Origin: an uncultured Actinomycetes bacterium
GTDB lineage: Bacteria > Actinomycetota > Acidimicrobiia > IMCC26256 > PALSA-555
Direction of reading: 5' to 3'
Length of the DNA: 64,000 nucleotides
Assembly: GCA_963714105.1 (NCBI GenBank)
Contig: OY970233.1
Coordinates: 755,933-819,932, forward strand
Made by a program: the position numbers and the translations under genes. A model generated the notes under the pieces. It did no database searches. It was given only the letters and a program-made list of their open reading frames with translations, and was not told where the DNA came from. Shown piece after piece: positions 37,085-45,133 of the stretch (within the stretch, counting starts at the first letter, position 1; every line of letters begins with the position of its first letter).

Positions 37085-39643
37085 CTACCCGACGGCGCCT
37101 TCCATGTTGAGCTCGATGAGGCGGGTCAGCTCGACTGCGTACTCCATCGGGAGGGTCTTGGTGACCGGCTCGATGAAGCCGTTCACGACCATGGCCGTCG
37201 CCTGCTGCTCGGTGAGGCCCCGGCTCATGAGGTAGAAGAGCTGGTCGTCACCGACCTTCGAGACGGTCGCTTCGTGGCCGATCCGGGCGTCCTTCTCCTC
37301 GATCTCCATGTACGGGTACGTGTCGGACCGGCTGTCCTCGTCGAGGATCAGCGCGTCGCAGCGCACGTGGCTCTTCACCTTGTGCGCGCCTTCCTCGACC
37401 TTGACCAGCCCGCGGTACGTGGTGCGCCCGCCACCTTTCGAGATCGACTTCGAGTCGATGAGCGAGGTTGTCTCCGGGGCGACGTGGGTCATCTTGGCGC
37501 CCGCGTCCTGGTGCTGGCCCGGCCCCGCGTACGCGACGGACAGGACCTCGCCGTGCGCCTTCGGGCCGACCATCACGACAGCCGGGTACTTCATCGTGAG
37601 CTTCGAACCGAGGTTGCCGTCGATCCACTCGACCGTGGCCTCGGTCTCGGCCCGGGCCCGCTTCGTGACCAGGTTGTACACGTTCGGTGACCAGTTCTGG
37701 ATCGTCGTGTACCGGATCCGGGCGCCGGGCTTGGCGATCAGCTCGACCACCGCGGAGTGGAGGGAGTCGCTCGAGTACACCGGCGCGGAGCAGCCCTCGA
37801 CGTAGTGCACCGACGCGCCTTCCTCGGCGACGATCAACGTCCGCTCGAACTGGCCGGCGTTCTCCGAGTTGATGCGGAAGTACGCCTGGAGGGGCATCTC
37901 GACGTGGGCCCCCGCGGGAACGTACACGAAGCTGCCGCCGCTCCACACCGCCGAGTTCAACGCCGCGAACTTGTTGTCCCCGGGCGGGATGACGGTGCCG
38001 AGGTACTGCTGGACGATCTCGGGGTAGTCACGCACCGCGGTGTCCATATCGGTGAAGACGACGCCCTGCTTGGCGAGGTCCTCCCGGTTCTTGTGGTACA
38101 CGACCTCGGAGTTGTGGACCACAAAGCCCTCGGCGACGAAGTTGTGGTGCCCTTCGACGGTGATGTCCCAGACCGGCTCGGAGCCGACTCGTTCGATCGA
38201 ATCGACGCGGACGAAGCCGAGCATCTCGCTCGTGTGGGCACGGAAGTCGGTGCCCTTGGCCGTCCGGTACCCGTGCACGAACTGGCGCTTCGAGAGGCGG
38301 TCGGTCCGGCGCGCCGAACGGCAGGGCAGCCGGTCGAAGCGCCCGCTGAAGTGGATCATGTGGGCGACGACGGTGCGGTTCGGGTCGTGCGGGTGCCCGT
38401 TCTCGACGCGGCTGACCCGGCCGGTGCGGATCCCGCACAGCATGGCGAGCTCGCGGGTGTCGTGCAGGAGGTCGGGGTTGGCGCTGGTGAGGACGACGTC
38501 TTTGCTCGTCGGGTGGGATCGGACGTAGCCGTCCGCGTCGATGGAGCCGGCGAGGAACGCGAGGCGCTGCGACCGGGGCAGCCCGAACACCCAGGGCGGG
38601 ATCCGCTTGGTGCGGGCGGTGCCACCGAGACCGTTCAGCTCGAGGAAGTCGGCGAGCGCCGCCGTCGCGTGGGCGGTCAGCCGGAAACGGTCACTCGCCA
38701 GGGAGAACTCGAGACCGAAGAGACGGCGGGCCACGCCGATGATCTCCTCGACGAGGCCATGGTCGGACGCGTCCACCGCGATCTCGACCGAGACGTGCTC
38801 GCCGCGGTGGTGGAGGTACCCGTCACCGAGGTAGAGGCCTGCGAACCAGCAGAGATCGTCGCTGGTGGTGCGGGGGAGGGTCTCGGCCCCGGGCCGGTCG
38901 GGCACGAGGAGCTCGGCCTCCGTCCCGTAGTCGGGGAGGTCGGTGGCGATCCCGACGTAGTCACCGACGCGCAGGTCGCTGGCCGGGATCCAACGCGTCG
39001 CGTAGCGGGCCCGCTCGCGACCGTCCTCGCGCTCGTCGCGCAGCACGAGGAACGGGTGGTTGCCGGACGCTCCGATCGTGGCGTTCCGGGCCGTGATCTC
39101 GAGGATGTCCTTCTGGCCGGAGCACGCGGCGTCGACGACGCGCGCGCCGACGATCTGCTTGGTCGACTCGTCGAGCGAGAAGACCTCGTCGCCGGGCCCG
39201 AGCTCCTTGATGGCCCGCATGCCCTTGTCCGTCGCGACGAGCGTCGAGCCCCGGAGGCACTCGTACTGCGCGGTGACACCGGCGAGGAACTTGCGCTCCG
39301 CTTCGGGGATGCCGAGCTTCTCGTAGGTCTCCTGCATCTCCGGGGGCAGCATGTCCCACTCGGACACCTGACCTTCTGTGGGCTTGAGGTAGTAGTAGAT
39401 GTCGTCGAAGTCGATCTCGGGCATGTTCTTCGCGAACCAGGCGAGCATCGGCTTGCGCTCGAACCGCTTCAGCGAGTTGAGGCGAAACTTCGTCATCCAC
39501 TCGGGCTCTTCCTTGTGCCCGGAGATCTCGCGGACGATGTCCTCGTTCAGGCCCTTCTTGGGGGTGTAGACGTAGTCCTCGGTGCTGTCGGCCCAGCCCA
39601 GCTGGTACTTGCCGAGGTCGATCCCGCGTACCGCCATGCTCAT
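37085..39643 (-). CDS. sufB: Fe-S cluster assembly protein SufB interrupted in-frame by a 383-aa intein (852-aa precursor, 469-aa spliced product)
   Basis: Intact ORF. The N-extein ends ...FLAGVTAQYE and the C-extein starts SEVVYHKNREDLAKQGVVF... Joining them gives a contiguous canonical SufB sequence. Confidence 0.95.
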   Translation of the reverse strand: MSMAVRGIDLGKYQLGWADSTEDYVYTPKKGLNEDIVREISGHKEEPEWMTKFRLNSLKRFERKPMLAWFAKNMPEIDFDDIYYYLKPTEGQVSEWDMLPPEMQETYEKLGIPEAERKFLAGVTAQYECLRGSTLVATDKGMRAIKELGPGDEVFSLDESTKQIVGARVVDAACSGQKDILEITARNATIGASGNHPFLVLRDEREDGRERARYATRWIPASDLRVGDYVGIATDLPDYGTEAELLVPDRPGAETLPRTTSDDLCWFAGLYLGDGYLHHRGEHVSVEIAVDASDHGLVEEIIGVARRLFGLEFSLASDRFRLTAHATAALADFLELNGLGGTARTKRIPPWVFGLPRSQRLAFLAGSIDADGYVRSHPTSKDVVLTSANPDLLHDTRELAMLCGIRTGRVSRVENGHPHDPNRTVVAHMIHFSGRFDRLPCRSARRTDRLSKRQFVHGYRTAKGTDFRAHTSEMLGFVRVDSIERVGSEPVWDITVEGHHNFVAEGFVVHNSEVVYHKNREDLAKQGVVFTDMDTAVRDYPEIVQQYLGTVIPPGDNKFAALNSAVWSGGSFVYVPAGAHVEMPLQAYFRINSENAGQFERTLIVAEEGASVHYVEGCSAPVYSSDSLHSAVVELIAKPGARIRYTTIQNWSPNVYNLVTKRARAETEATVEWIDGNLGSKLTMKYPAVVMVGPKAHGEVLSVAYAGPGQHQDAGAKMTHVAPETTSLIDSKSISKGGGRTTYRGLVKVEEGAHKVKSHVRCDALILDEDSRSDTYPYMEIEEKDARIGHEATVSKVGDDQLFYLMSRGLTEQQATAMVVNGFIEPVTKTLPMEYAVELTRLIELNMEGAVG
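38111..39259 (-). mobile_element. SufB intein with a LAGLIDADG homing-endonuclease domain (Cys1 ... His-Asn, +1 Ser)
   Basis: It starts CLRGSTLVATDKG and ends NFVAEGFVVHN|S. There are two dodecapeptide motifs, WFAGLYLGDGYL and AFLAGSIDADGYV. Coordinates were computed from the residue count in the ORF (aa 129-511). Confidence 0.85.
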
Positions 39644-39660
39644 GTCCCGTCGTCTGGGGT

Positions 39661-39742
39661 TCCGGCGCCGCCGGGGGAGCCGGCGCCGGAGTTTCCACTA
39701 CGCAGATAGTAACAATCCCGGGGAGGGGCGACAATCCCGGGG
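39661..39742 (-). promoter_or_regulatory. sufB upstream region: direct repeat ACAATCCCGGGG x2, a putative promoter (TTGTCG-17nt-TACTAT on the minus strand) and a 10-bp inverted repeat TCCGGCGCCG-N10-CGGCGCCGGA in the 5' UTR
   Basis: All elements were read directly in the 101-nt gap between the LLM stop (39745) and the sufB ATG (39643). The repeats lie at about 39712-39723 and 39731-39742, and the inverted repeat at about 39661-39690. Confidence 0.4.
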
Positions 39743-39744
39743 TT

Positions 39745-40809
39745 CTAGCCGGGGGCCGGTTCCCGGGCCCCGCTGCTCGGGCTCCCCATCGCGGCGGCGG
39801 GGTCGAGGGCCCCGGCGAGGCGCTCGTAGGACCGGATGCGGTCGTCGGCGCCGTGCACCATCGTGGTGACGACGAGCTCGTCGGCGCCGGTGCGCTCCAC
39901 CAGCGCTTCGAGCCCGGCGCGGACCTCCTCGGGGTCGCCCACGACGTGCGAGGCGGTCCACGCCTGCACGCTGTCGCGTTCGAACGGCGTGAACCGGTAC
40001 TCGGCCGCGGCTTCGGGGGTGGGGTAGCGACCCGGGCGACCCGACCGGAGGCGCAGGATCGCCAACGCCGCCGGCCCCGCGAGCCACTGGGCCTCGTCGT
40101 GGGTGTCGGCGCAGATCACCGCGACGCCGAGCATGAGGTGGGGACGCTCGAGTCGGGCTGAGGGCCGAAAGCTGGACCGGTAGGCCTCGACCGCGCGGGC
40201 CGTGCCGCCGGCGGCGAAGTGGTGCGCGAACGAGAACGGCAAGCCGAGCCGGCCGGCGAGGTGCGCGCTGTAGTCGCTCGACCCGAGCAGCCACACGTCC
40301 GGTCGGTCTCCGAGCCCGGGGGTCGCGGTGATGGCACGGAACGGGTGCTGCTCCGGGAAGCTCCCGTCGAAGAAGCCGAGCAGCTCCGCGAGGTGCTGGG
40401 GGAACTCTTCGGCGGTGAGCGCGTCGACGGAGCGGCGCAACGCGTACGCCGTCACCGGGTCGGTGCCGGGGGCACGACCGATCCCGAGGTCGATCCGGCC
40501 GGGGTGCATCGCCTCGAGCATCCCGAACTGCTCGGCGACGACCAGCGGCGCGTGGTTCGGGAGCATCACTCCCCCGGCCCCGACCCGGATCGTCGACGTC
40601 GCCGACGCGAGGTGCGCGATCAGCACCGCCGGCGCGGAACTGGCGATGCCGGGCATGTTGTGATGCTCGGCGACCCAGTGGCGCCGGTAGCCGAGGCGTT
40701 CGGCGGTCACCGCCAGGCGCACCGAGTTGCCGAGCGCCTCGGACGGTGAGGACCCTTCCCCGACCGGGGCGAGGTCGAGGACCGACAGCGGAACCAGCGA
40801 TTCGGGCAT
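39745..40809 (-). CDS. LLM-class flavin-dependent oxidoreductase (354 aa)
   Basis: Intact ORF with [34 protein letters not shown] and [20 protein letters not shown]. Confidence 0.9.
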   Translation of the reverse strand: MPESLVPLSVLDLAPVGEGSSPSEALGNSVRLAVTAERLGYRRHWVAEHHNMPGIASSAPAVLIAHLASATSTIRVGAGGVMLPNHAPLVVAEQFGMLEAMHPGRIDLGIGRAPGTDPVTAYALRRSVDALTAEEFPQHLAELLGFFDGSFPEQHPFRAITATPGLGDRPDVWLLGSSDYSAHLAGRLGLPFSFAHHFAAGGTARAVEAYRSSFRPSARLERPHLMLGVAVICADTHDEAQWLAGPAALAILRLRSGRPGRYPTPEAAAEYRFTPFERDSVQAWTASHVVGDPEEVRAGLEALVERTGADELVVTTMVHGADDRIRSYERLAGALDPAAAMGSPSSGAREPAPG

Positions 40810-40941
40810 CCCGCGAGTGCAACACCGGTCCCGGCGCCGGCCTTCCTTGGCGAGGTCAGCCCACCATCGGCTCGCCTGGGAGCGCCGCGTCGGCGGGCGG
40901 TCCGACGGTCCCGGGGCGCCTCGTCCGGGCCGGGGGCGCGG

Positions 40942-43815
40942 TCAGCCGTTCAGGGCCTGCTGGGCTTGCGCGACGAGCTGCTGGGCTTGGGCGATGTCGG
41001 CCTGGTAGCCGGCGAGGTCGCCGTTTCGCAGCGCCGTGTTCGCGGCCGCGAAGTCCTGGTTGGCCTGGTTCAGGAGGCTCTGGACGGTGCCGCTCCCGGC
41101 GCTCGGGATCGTCGTGGGCGTGGTCGGGCTGGTCGGCGTGGTCGGGCTGGTCGGCGTGGTGCCGCCGGTCGTGCCGTTGAAGAGGTCGTTGAGGGCGGCG
41201 TTCACGGTCGTGTCCGAGACCGGGTTTCGCCCTTGGGTGAACACGACGACGAAGCGGAACTGCGGGTATCCCTGCGAGGTGGTCTGCTGGACGAAGAACG
41301 GCTGGACGTACACGAGCGAGTTCCCGACCGGGATGAGCTGGATGTTGCCCTTCACGATCGAGGATCCGGCCTGGTTGAGGAGCGTGAACTTCGACGCGAG
41401 CGTCGGATCGCTCTGGATGTTGTTGGCGACCTGGACGGGGCCGTTGACGTTGGCGCCTTGGGGCATGACGAACGCCTGGACCTGCCCGTAGGTGCCGGGA
41501 TCGGACTTCGCGGTCATGAACGACACCAGCCGGGTCTGCTGGTTGTCCTGGGAGACGGGCACGAACGGCTGGAGGATCAGGAAGTTCTCGTGGGTGTCCC
41601 CGGGGAGGCGGATATAGAGGTAGTAGGGGTCCTGGCGAGGGGTGGTGGCGGTGATCTGGGGCGCGCGTTGGGTGCCGCGTGCCGTCGTGGGGCTGAGCGT
41701 CGAGCCGAGCACCGAGTTCGGGTCCGGGGAGAGCAGCCAGCGCTCGGTGCCGGCGTAGAAGGAGGCGACGTTGGTGACGTGGTACTTCGAGAACACGTCG
41801 GACTGCATCTTGAAGAGGTTCTCGGGGTACCGGAGGTGGGCGCGGAGGATCGGGGAGAGCTTGGAGCCGGGGGTGAACAGGTCCGGGAAGGCGCTCTCGT
41901 AGGCCCGTGCGATCGGGTCCTTGCTGTCGATCACGTAGAAGTGGACGGTGCCGTTGTACCCGTCGATCGTGACCTTGACCGAGTTGCGGACGTAGTTGAC
42001 GGTGCTGGACAGGCCACCGTCGCCGCTGGAGCTCTCCGAGTACGGGTACTGGTCGGAGGTGGTGTACGCGTCGAGGATCCAGGTGATGCGGCCGTTCTCG
42101 ACCACCGGGTACGGGTCGGAGTCGTACTTCAGGAACGGTGCGAGCTTCTGGACCCGAGCCATGATGTCGCGGATCATCAGCACCTTCGAGTTCGACGTGA
42201 CCTGCCCGGAGATGAGCGGGTTCAGGTCGCCGAAGCGCAGCGCGAACGCGGCCCGCTTGATGAGGTTGTCGAGGCGCACCCCATCCGCGCCGCGGTACCG
42301 GGTGGTGGCGTTGGTGTTGTTCGCGCGTGAGTAGTTGAACTCGGGCTGCTTGGCGTTGACGATCATGTAGCCGGGCTGGTTCTCACCGAAGTACAGCTGC
42401 GCGCCTTGGTCGCTGAGGCTGATCCCGTTCCCGGTCGGGGGGATGTTCGCGAGCGAGAAGGTCGGGTCGCCGCTCGACGTGGCCTGGTTCGTCGGGGAGA
42501 CGATCGCCCCGTAGCCGTGCGTGTAGACGAGGTGCTGGTTCACCCACGACTGGCTCGGCAGGCTGCTGCTGTTCAGGTCGCGCGCGCCGATGAGCACCTG
42601 GGTGGTCTGCCCGTTGAGGTTGTAGCGGTCGATGTCGACGTTGTTGATGATGTAGTACGGCTGGAGGCCTTGGAGGGTCTGGTAGGTGGCGCGGATGACG
42701 CCCGGGTCCCAGAGTCGGGCGTTGTCGATGGTGGGCCGGTTGGCGTCGACCACCGACGGTTGGAGGTTCTGGTTGTAGTTGAAGTTGTTGGTCGCGATGC
42801 TCGAGAGGTTGAACGCGTCGCGGGTCGCGGAGATGTTGCGGCCGATGTAGGGGCGTTCCTCGGCGAGCTCGTTCGGGGTGACCTTGAAGTTCTGGATCGC
42901 CGCGGGGTAGATCGTGCCGACGACGATCGAGACGAAGCCCCAGAGGCCGACCGCGATGACGGGCAGGACCCAGCCGCGGCGGAAGATGTTCCAGAGGAAC
43001 AGCCCGGCGGCGACGATCGAGATGAAGATGAGCAGGTTGTACGCGGGCAGCTGGGCTTTGACGTCGGTGTACGTCGCGCCGTCGACGACACCCCGGGTCG
43101 AGAGGTCGAGCCCGAAGCGCGAGAAGTAGTACTGCGCGGTCTTCACGAGGGCCATCACCGCGACGATCACCGACAGGTGGGCTTTCACCTGCGGGGTGAC
43201 TCGCTGAAGGGGGCTCTGGAACCGGATGCCGCCGTTCAGGTAGTGCGCCACCGCGGTGACGAGCAGGACGATGACGAGCCCGGCGAAGAGCCAGTCCAGG
43301 ATGAACTTGATGAACGGGAGCTGGAAGACGTAGAAGCCGACGTCCTTGTGGAACTGAGGGTCCTTGATGCCGAAGTTGACCCGGTGGGTGAAGAGGATCC
43401 AGTTGCGCCACTGGGAGGAGACGCCGATGCCGGCGATCAGCGCGAAGAAGATCGCGACCCCGGCCTTGATCCGGCCCTGGTAGCGGCCGGTCGCCTGCTG
43501 GTACCGGTTGACGAGCTCGTCCTCGGGGCTGACGTTCCCGGTCGGTCGCAGCTTGGGCGCCAGCCGGTCGGCGATGACCAGGTTGACGAACATGATGACG
43601 AAGAAGACGGCGGTGAAGACGAGGGCCGGGATGACCTTCGCGCCGAGGAGCTCCCGCCAGGTGTTGCCCTGGCCGAGCGAGTCGAACCAGAGGAAGTCGG
43701 TGTAGAAGCCGGCCAGCCCGCGGAGGCTGAACAGCAGGATGACCAGGATCACGACCAGGGCGATGATCCAGGCGCGCAAGCGGAACGAGCGCCGTTCCGT
43801 GGTCGAGACCCGCAT
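40942..43815 (-). CDS. UPF0182 family large membrane protein (957 aa)
   Basis: ORF 40942..43995 trimmed to the ATG at 43815 (MRVSTTERRSFRLRAWIIALVVILV...FYTDFLWFDSLG). It has about 7 N-terminal TM helices and a long extracytoplasmic domain. The C-terminus holds a TPTSPT repeat. Confidence 0.9.
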   Translation of the reverse strand: MRVSTTERRSFRLRAWIIALVVILVILLFSLRGLAGFYTDFLWFDSLGQGNTWRELLGAKVIPALVFTAVFFVIMFVNLVIADRLAPKLRPTGNVSPEDELVNRYQQATGRYQGRIKAGVAIFFALIAGIGVSSQWRNWILFTHRVNFGIKDPQFHKDVGFYVFQLPFIKFILDWLFAGLVIVLLVTAVAHYLNGGIRFQSPLQRVTPQVKAHLSVIVAVMALVKTAQYYFSRFGLDLSTRGVVDGATYTDVKAQLPAYNLLIFISIVAAGLFLWNIFRRGWVLPVIAVGLWGFVSIVVGTIYPAAIQNFKVTPNELAEERPYIGRNISATRDAFNLSSIATNNFNYNQNLQPSVVDANRPTIDNARLWDPGVIRATYQTLQGLQPYYIINNVDIDRYNLNGQTTQVLIGARDLNSSSLPSQSWVNQHLVYTHGYGAIVSPTNQATSSGDPTFSLANIPPTGNGISLSDQGAQLYFGENQPGYMIVNAKQPEFNYSRANNTNATTRYRGADGVRLDNLIKRAAFALRFGDLNPLISGQVTSNSKVLMIRDIMARVQKLAPFLKYDSDPYPVVENGRITWILDAYTTSDQYPYSESSSGDGGLSSTVNYVRNSVKVTIDGYNGTVHFYVIDSKDPIARAYESAFPDLFTPGSKLSPILRAHLRYPENLFKMQSDVFSKYHVTNVASFYAGTERWLLSPDPNSVLGSTLSPTTARGTQRAPQITATTPRQDPYYLYIRLPGDTHENFLILQPFVPVSQDNQQTRLVSFMTAKSDPGTYGQVQAFVMPQGANVNGPVQVANNIQSDPTLASKFTLLNQAGSSIVKGNIQLIPVGNSLVYVQPFFVQQTTSQGYPQFRFVVVFTQGRNPVSDTTVNAALNDLFNGTTGGTTPTSPTTPTSPTTPTTIPSAGSGTVQSLLNQANQDFAAANTALRNGDLAGYQADIAQAQQLVAQAQQALNG
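41120..41160. repeat. 18-bp tandem repeat (GTGGTCGGGCTGGTCGGC, about 2.3 copies) encoding TPTSPTTPTSPTTPT in UPF0182
   Basis: Read directly. It lies in-frame within the coding sequence. Confidence 0.6.
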
Positions 43816-43826
43816 CGTGGCGCAGC

Positions 43827-45133
43827 CTAGACGGACCGCTCCGTGTCCCCCACGTCGCTGGGAACGATCAGGCAGCGACAGCCGGGGTGTGCGGGTGGGT
43901 ACGGCTGCCCGGTCGGGAAGGGCTGGCCCTTGACGGTGGGTTCGAGCGCGTTGTCGTCGGCGTCGGGGCACTGGCCGACTTCGGCGGGCACCCACCGCAG
44001 CCGCGCGCCGGACGGTGTCGCGTCGAATGCTCCGCGCGCGTAAGCCGCGGCGAGGATGTCACCGAGGAGCACTTCGAGGTCGTCGCTGCGCCATTCGCGG
44101 TATCGCGCGGAGATGACGGGACCGAGCGCAGCGTGGAGCTCGGTTTGGGATTCGTAGGGGCCGTCGGCGACGACCGCGTCGATCGCGACGGTGAGCCGTT
44201 CGCGAAGCGGGGAGATGAGACCGGCGGCGAGCTCGGCGACGAGGCGACGAGGCGCGCGCGCCGGACGTCGGCCGCGTCCGGTGAGCGCCCGACCCACCGA
44301 GTACGCCTCGTCGATCGTCGGCTCGACGACCGCGGTCCAGGTCGCGTGCTGGCGTTCCAGGTCGGGGAGGATGCGAGAGGCTTCGACCCGACCGCGGACG
44401 CGCCGCACCGAGTCGAGGAGCTCGTTGTGCTCGTCTTGGAGCAGCCGCTTCGACGCGCGCAGCGCGGGGACGACGAGCGGCGCGAGCATCTCGTCGCGCC
44501 GGCGCCGGATCGCGTCGTCGGGATCGGCCGGGGGCGCCTCGACCGGCTCTTGGAGCGTCGGATCGGTCGGGGCGTCGTCGGCGGGTGCTTCGTCGGCGTC
44601 GACGGCGGCGTCGGGCCCTCCCGCGTCCTCCCCGCCCCGGTCGGGTTCGATCGGCGTGGGGGGTAGCGGTGCTGGTGTCGCCGTGGCTGGATGTTCGTGC
44701 TGGTCTCGCAGGCGGGCGAAGACGTCTTGGGCTCGTTCGTCGGTGACACCCGACGCGGCGGGGTCGGTGTCGGGGTTGGGGGGGTGGGTTCGCCGTTCGG
44801 GGGGGTGGGTTCGCCGTTCGGGGGGGTGGGTTCGCCGTTGGGCGGGGGGCGTTCGCCGAGGCTGGCGGCGAACTCGTCGAGGACGGTTCGGATCCGCTCG
44901 AGCTCGGCGAGGAGGGTGTGGCGGCGCGATTCGAGGTCGTCGAGCATGCGCTTGCGCACCGCGCGCGCTTCGTTGACCATCTCGCGTCCGCGCGCCGCGG
45001 CAGCTTCCTCGGCTTCGCGGAGGAGCGCGGCGGCGCGCGCGCCGACGGCGTCGGTGGTCGCGCTGGGCTCGGGCGCCCGCTCCCCCGCCGGTGTCGGGTC
45101 ACCCGCGCCCGCGGTGGGGCGATCGTCGGGCAT
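43827..45133 (-). pseudogene. Coiled-coil (DivIVA-like) N-terminus, PNGEPTP repeats, acidic/Pro linker and a C-terminal domain ending in an HPGCRC (phage MuF/SPP1 gp7-like) motif. One apparent frame change near 44760-44800.
   Basis: The N-terminal part is in the frame of ORF 43868..45136 (ALLREAEEAAAARGREMVNEARAVRKRMLDDLESRRHTLLAELERIRTVLDEF). The rest is in the frame of ORF 43827..44489, which reads sensibly well upstream of its first Met (AASGVTDERAQDVFARLRDQHEH...DDAIRRRRDEMLAPL...). The ATG at 45133 overlaps the upstream TGA by 1 nt. Confidence 0.6.
44778..44861. repeat. 21-bp tandem repeat GGGGGGGTGGGTTCGCCGTTC x3 plus one degenerate copy. Each unit carries a G7 run.
   Basis: Read directly. 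On the coding (minus) strand it encodes PNGEPTP x3. Confidence 0.8.

Noticed and set aside
43827-44489. A prophage or phage-remnant inference from the MuF-like HPGCRC motif.
   Set aside because: No portal, terminase, capsid, integrase or att-like repeats flank it. The neighbours are conserved chromosomal genes (PDZ-Lon protease, UPF0182), and the composition matches the host.
44778-44861. A CRISPR-like or minisatellite array, suggested by perfect direct repeats.
   Set aside because: The repeats are directly tandem with no spacers. The unit is 21 bp, and they lie in-frame within a coding sequence where they encode PNGEPTP. No cas genes are present.
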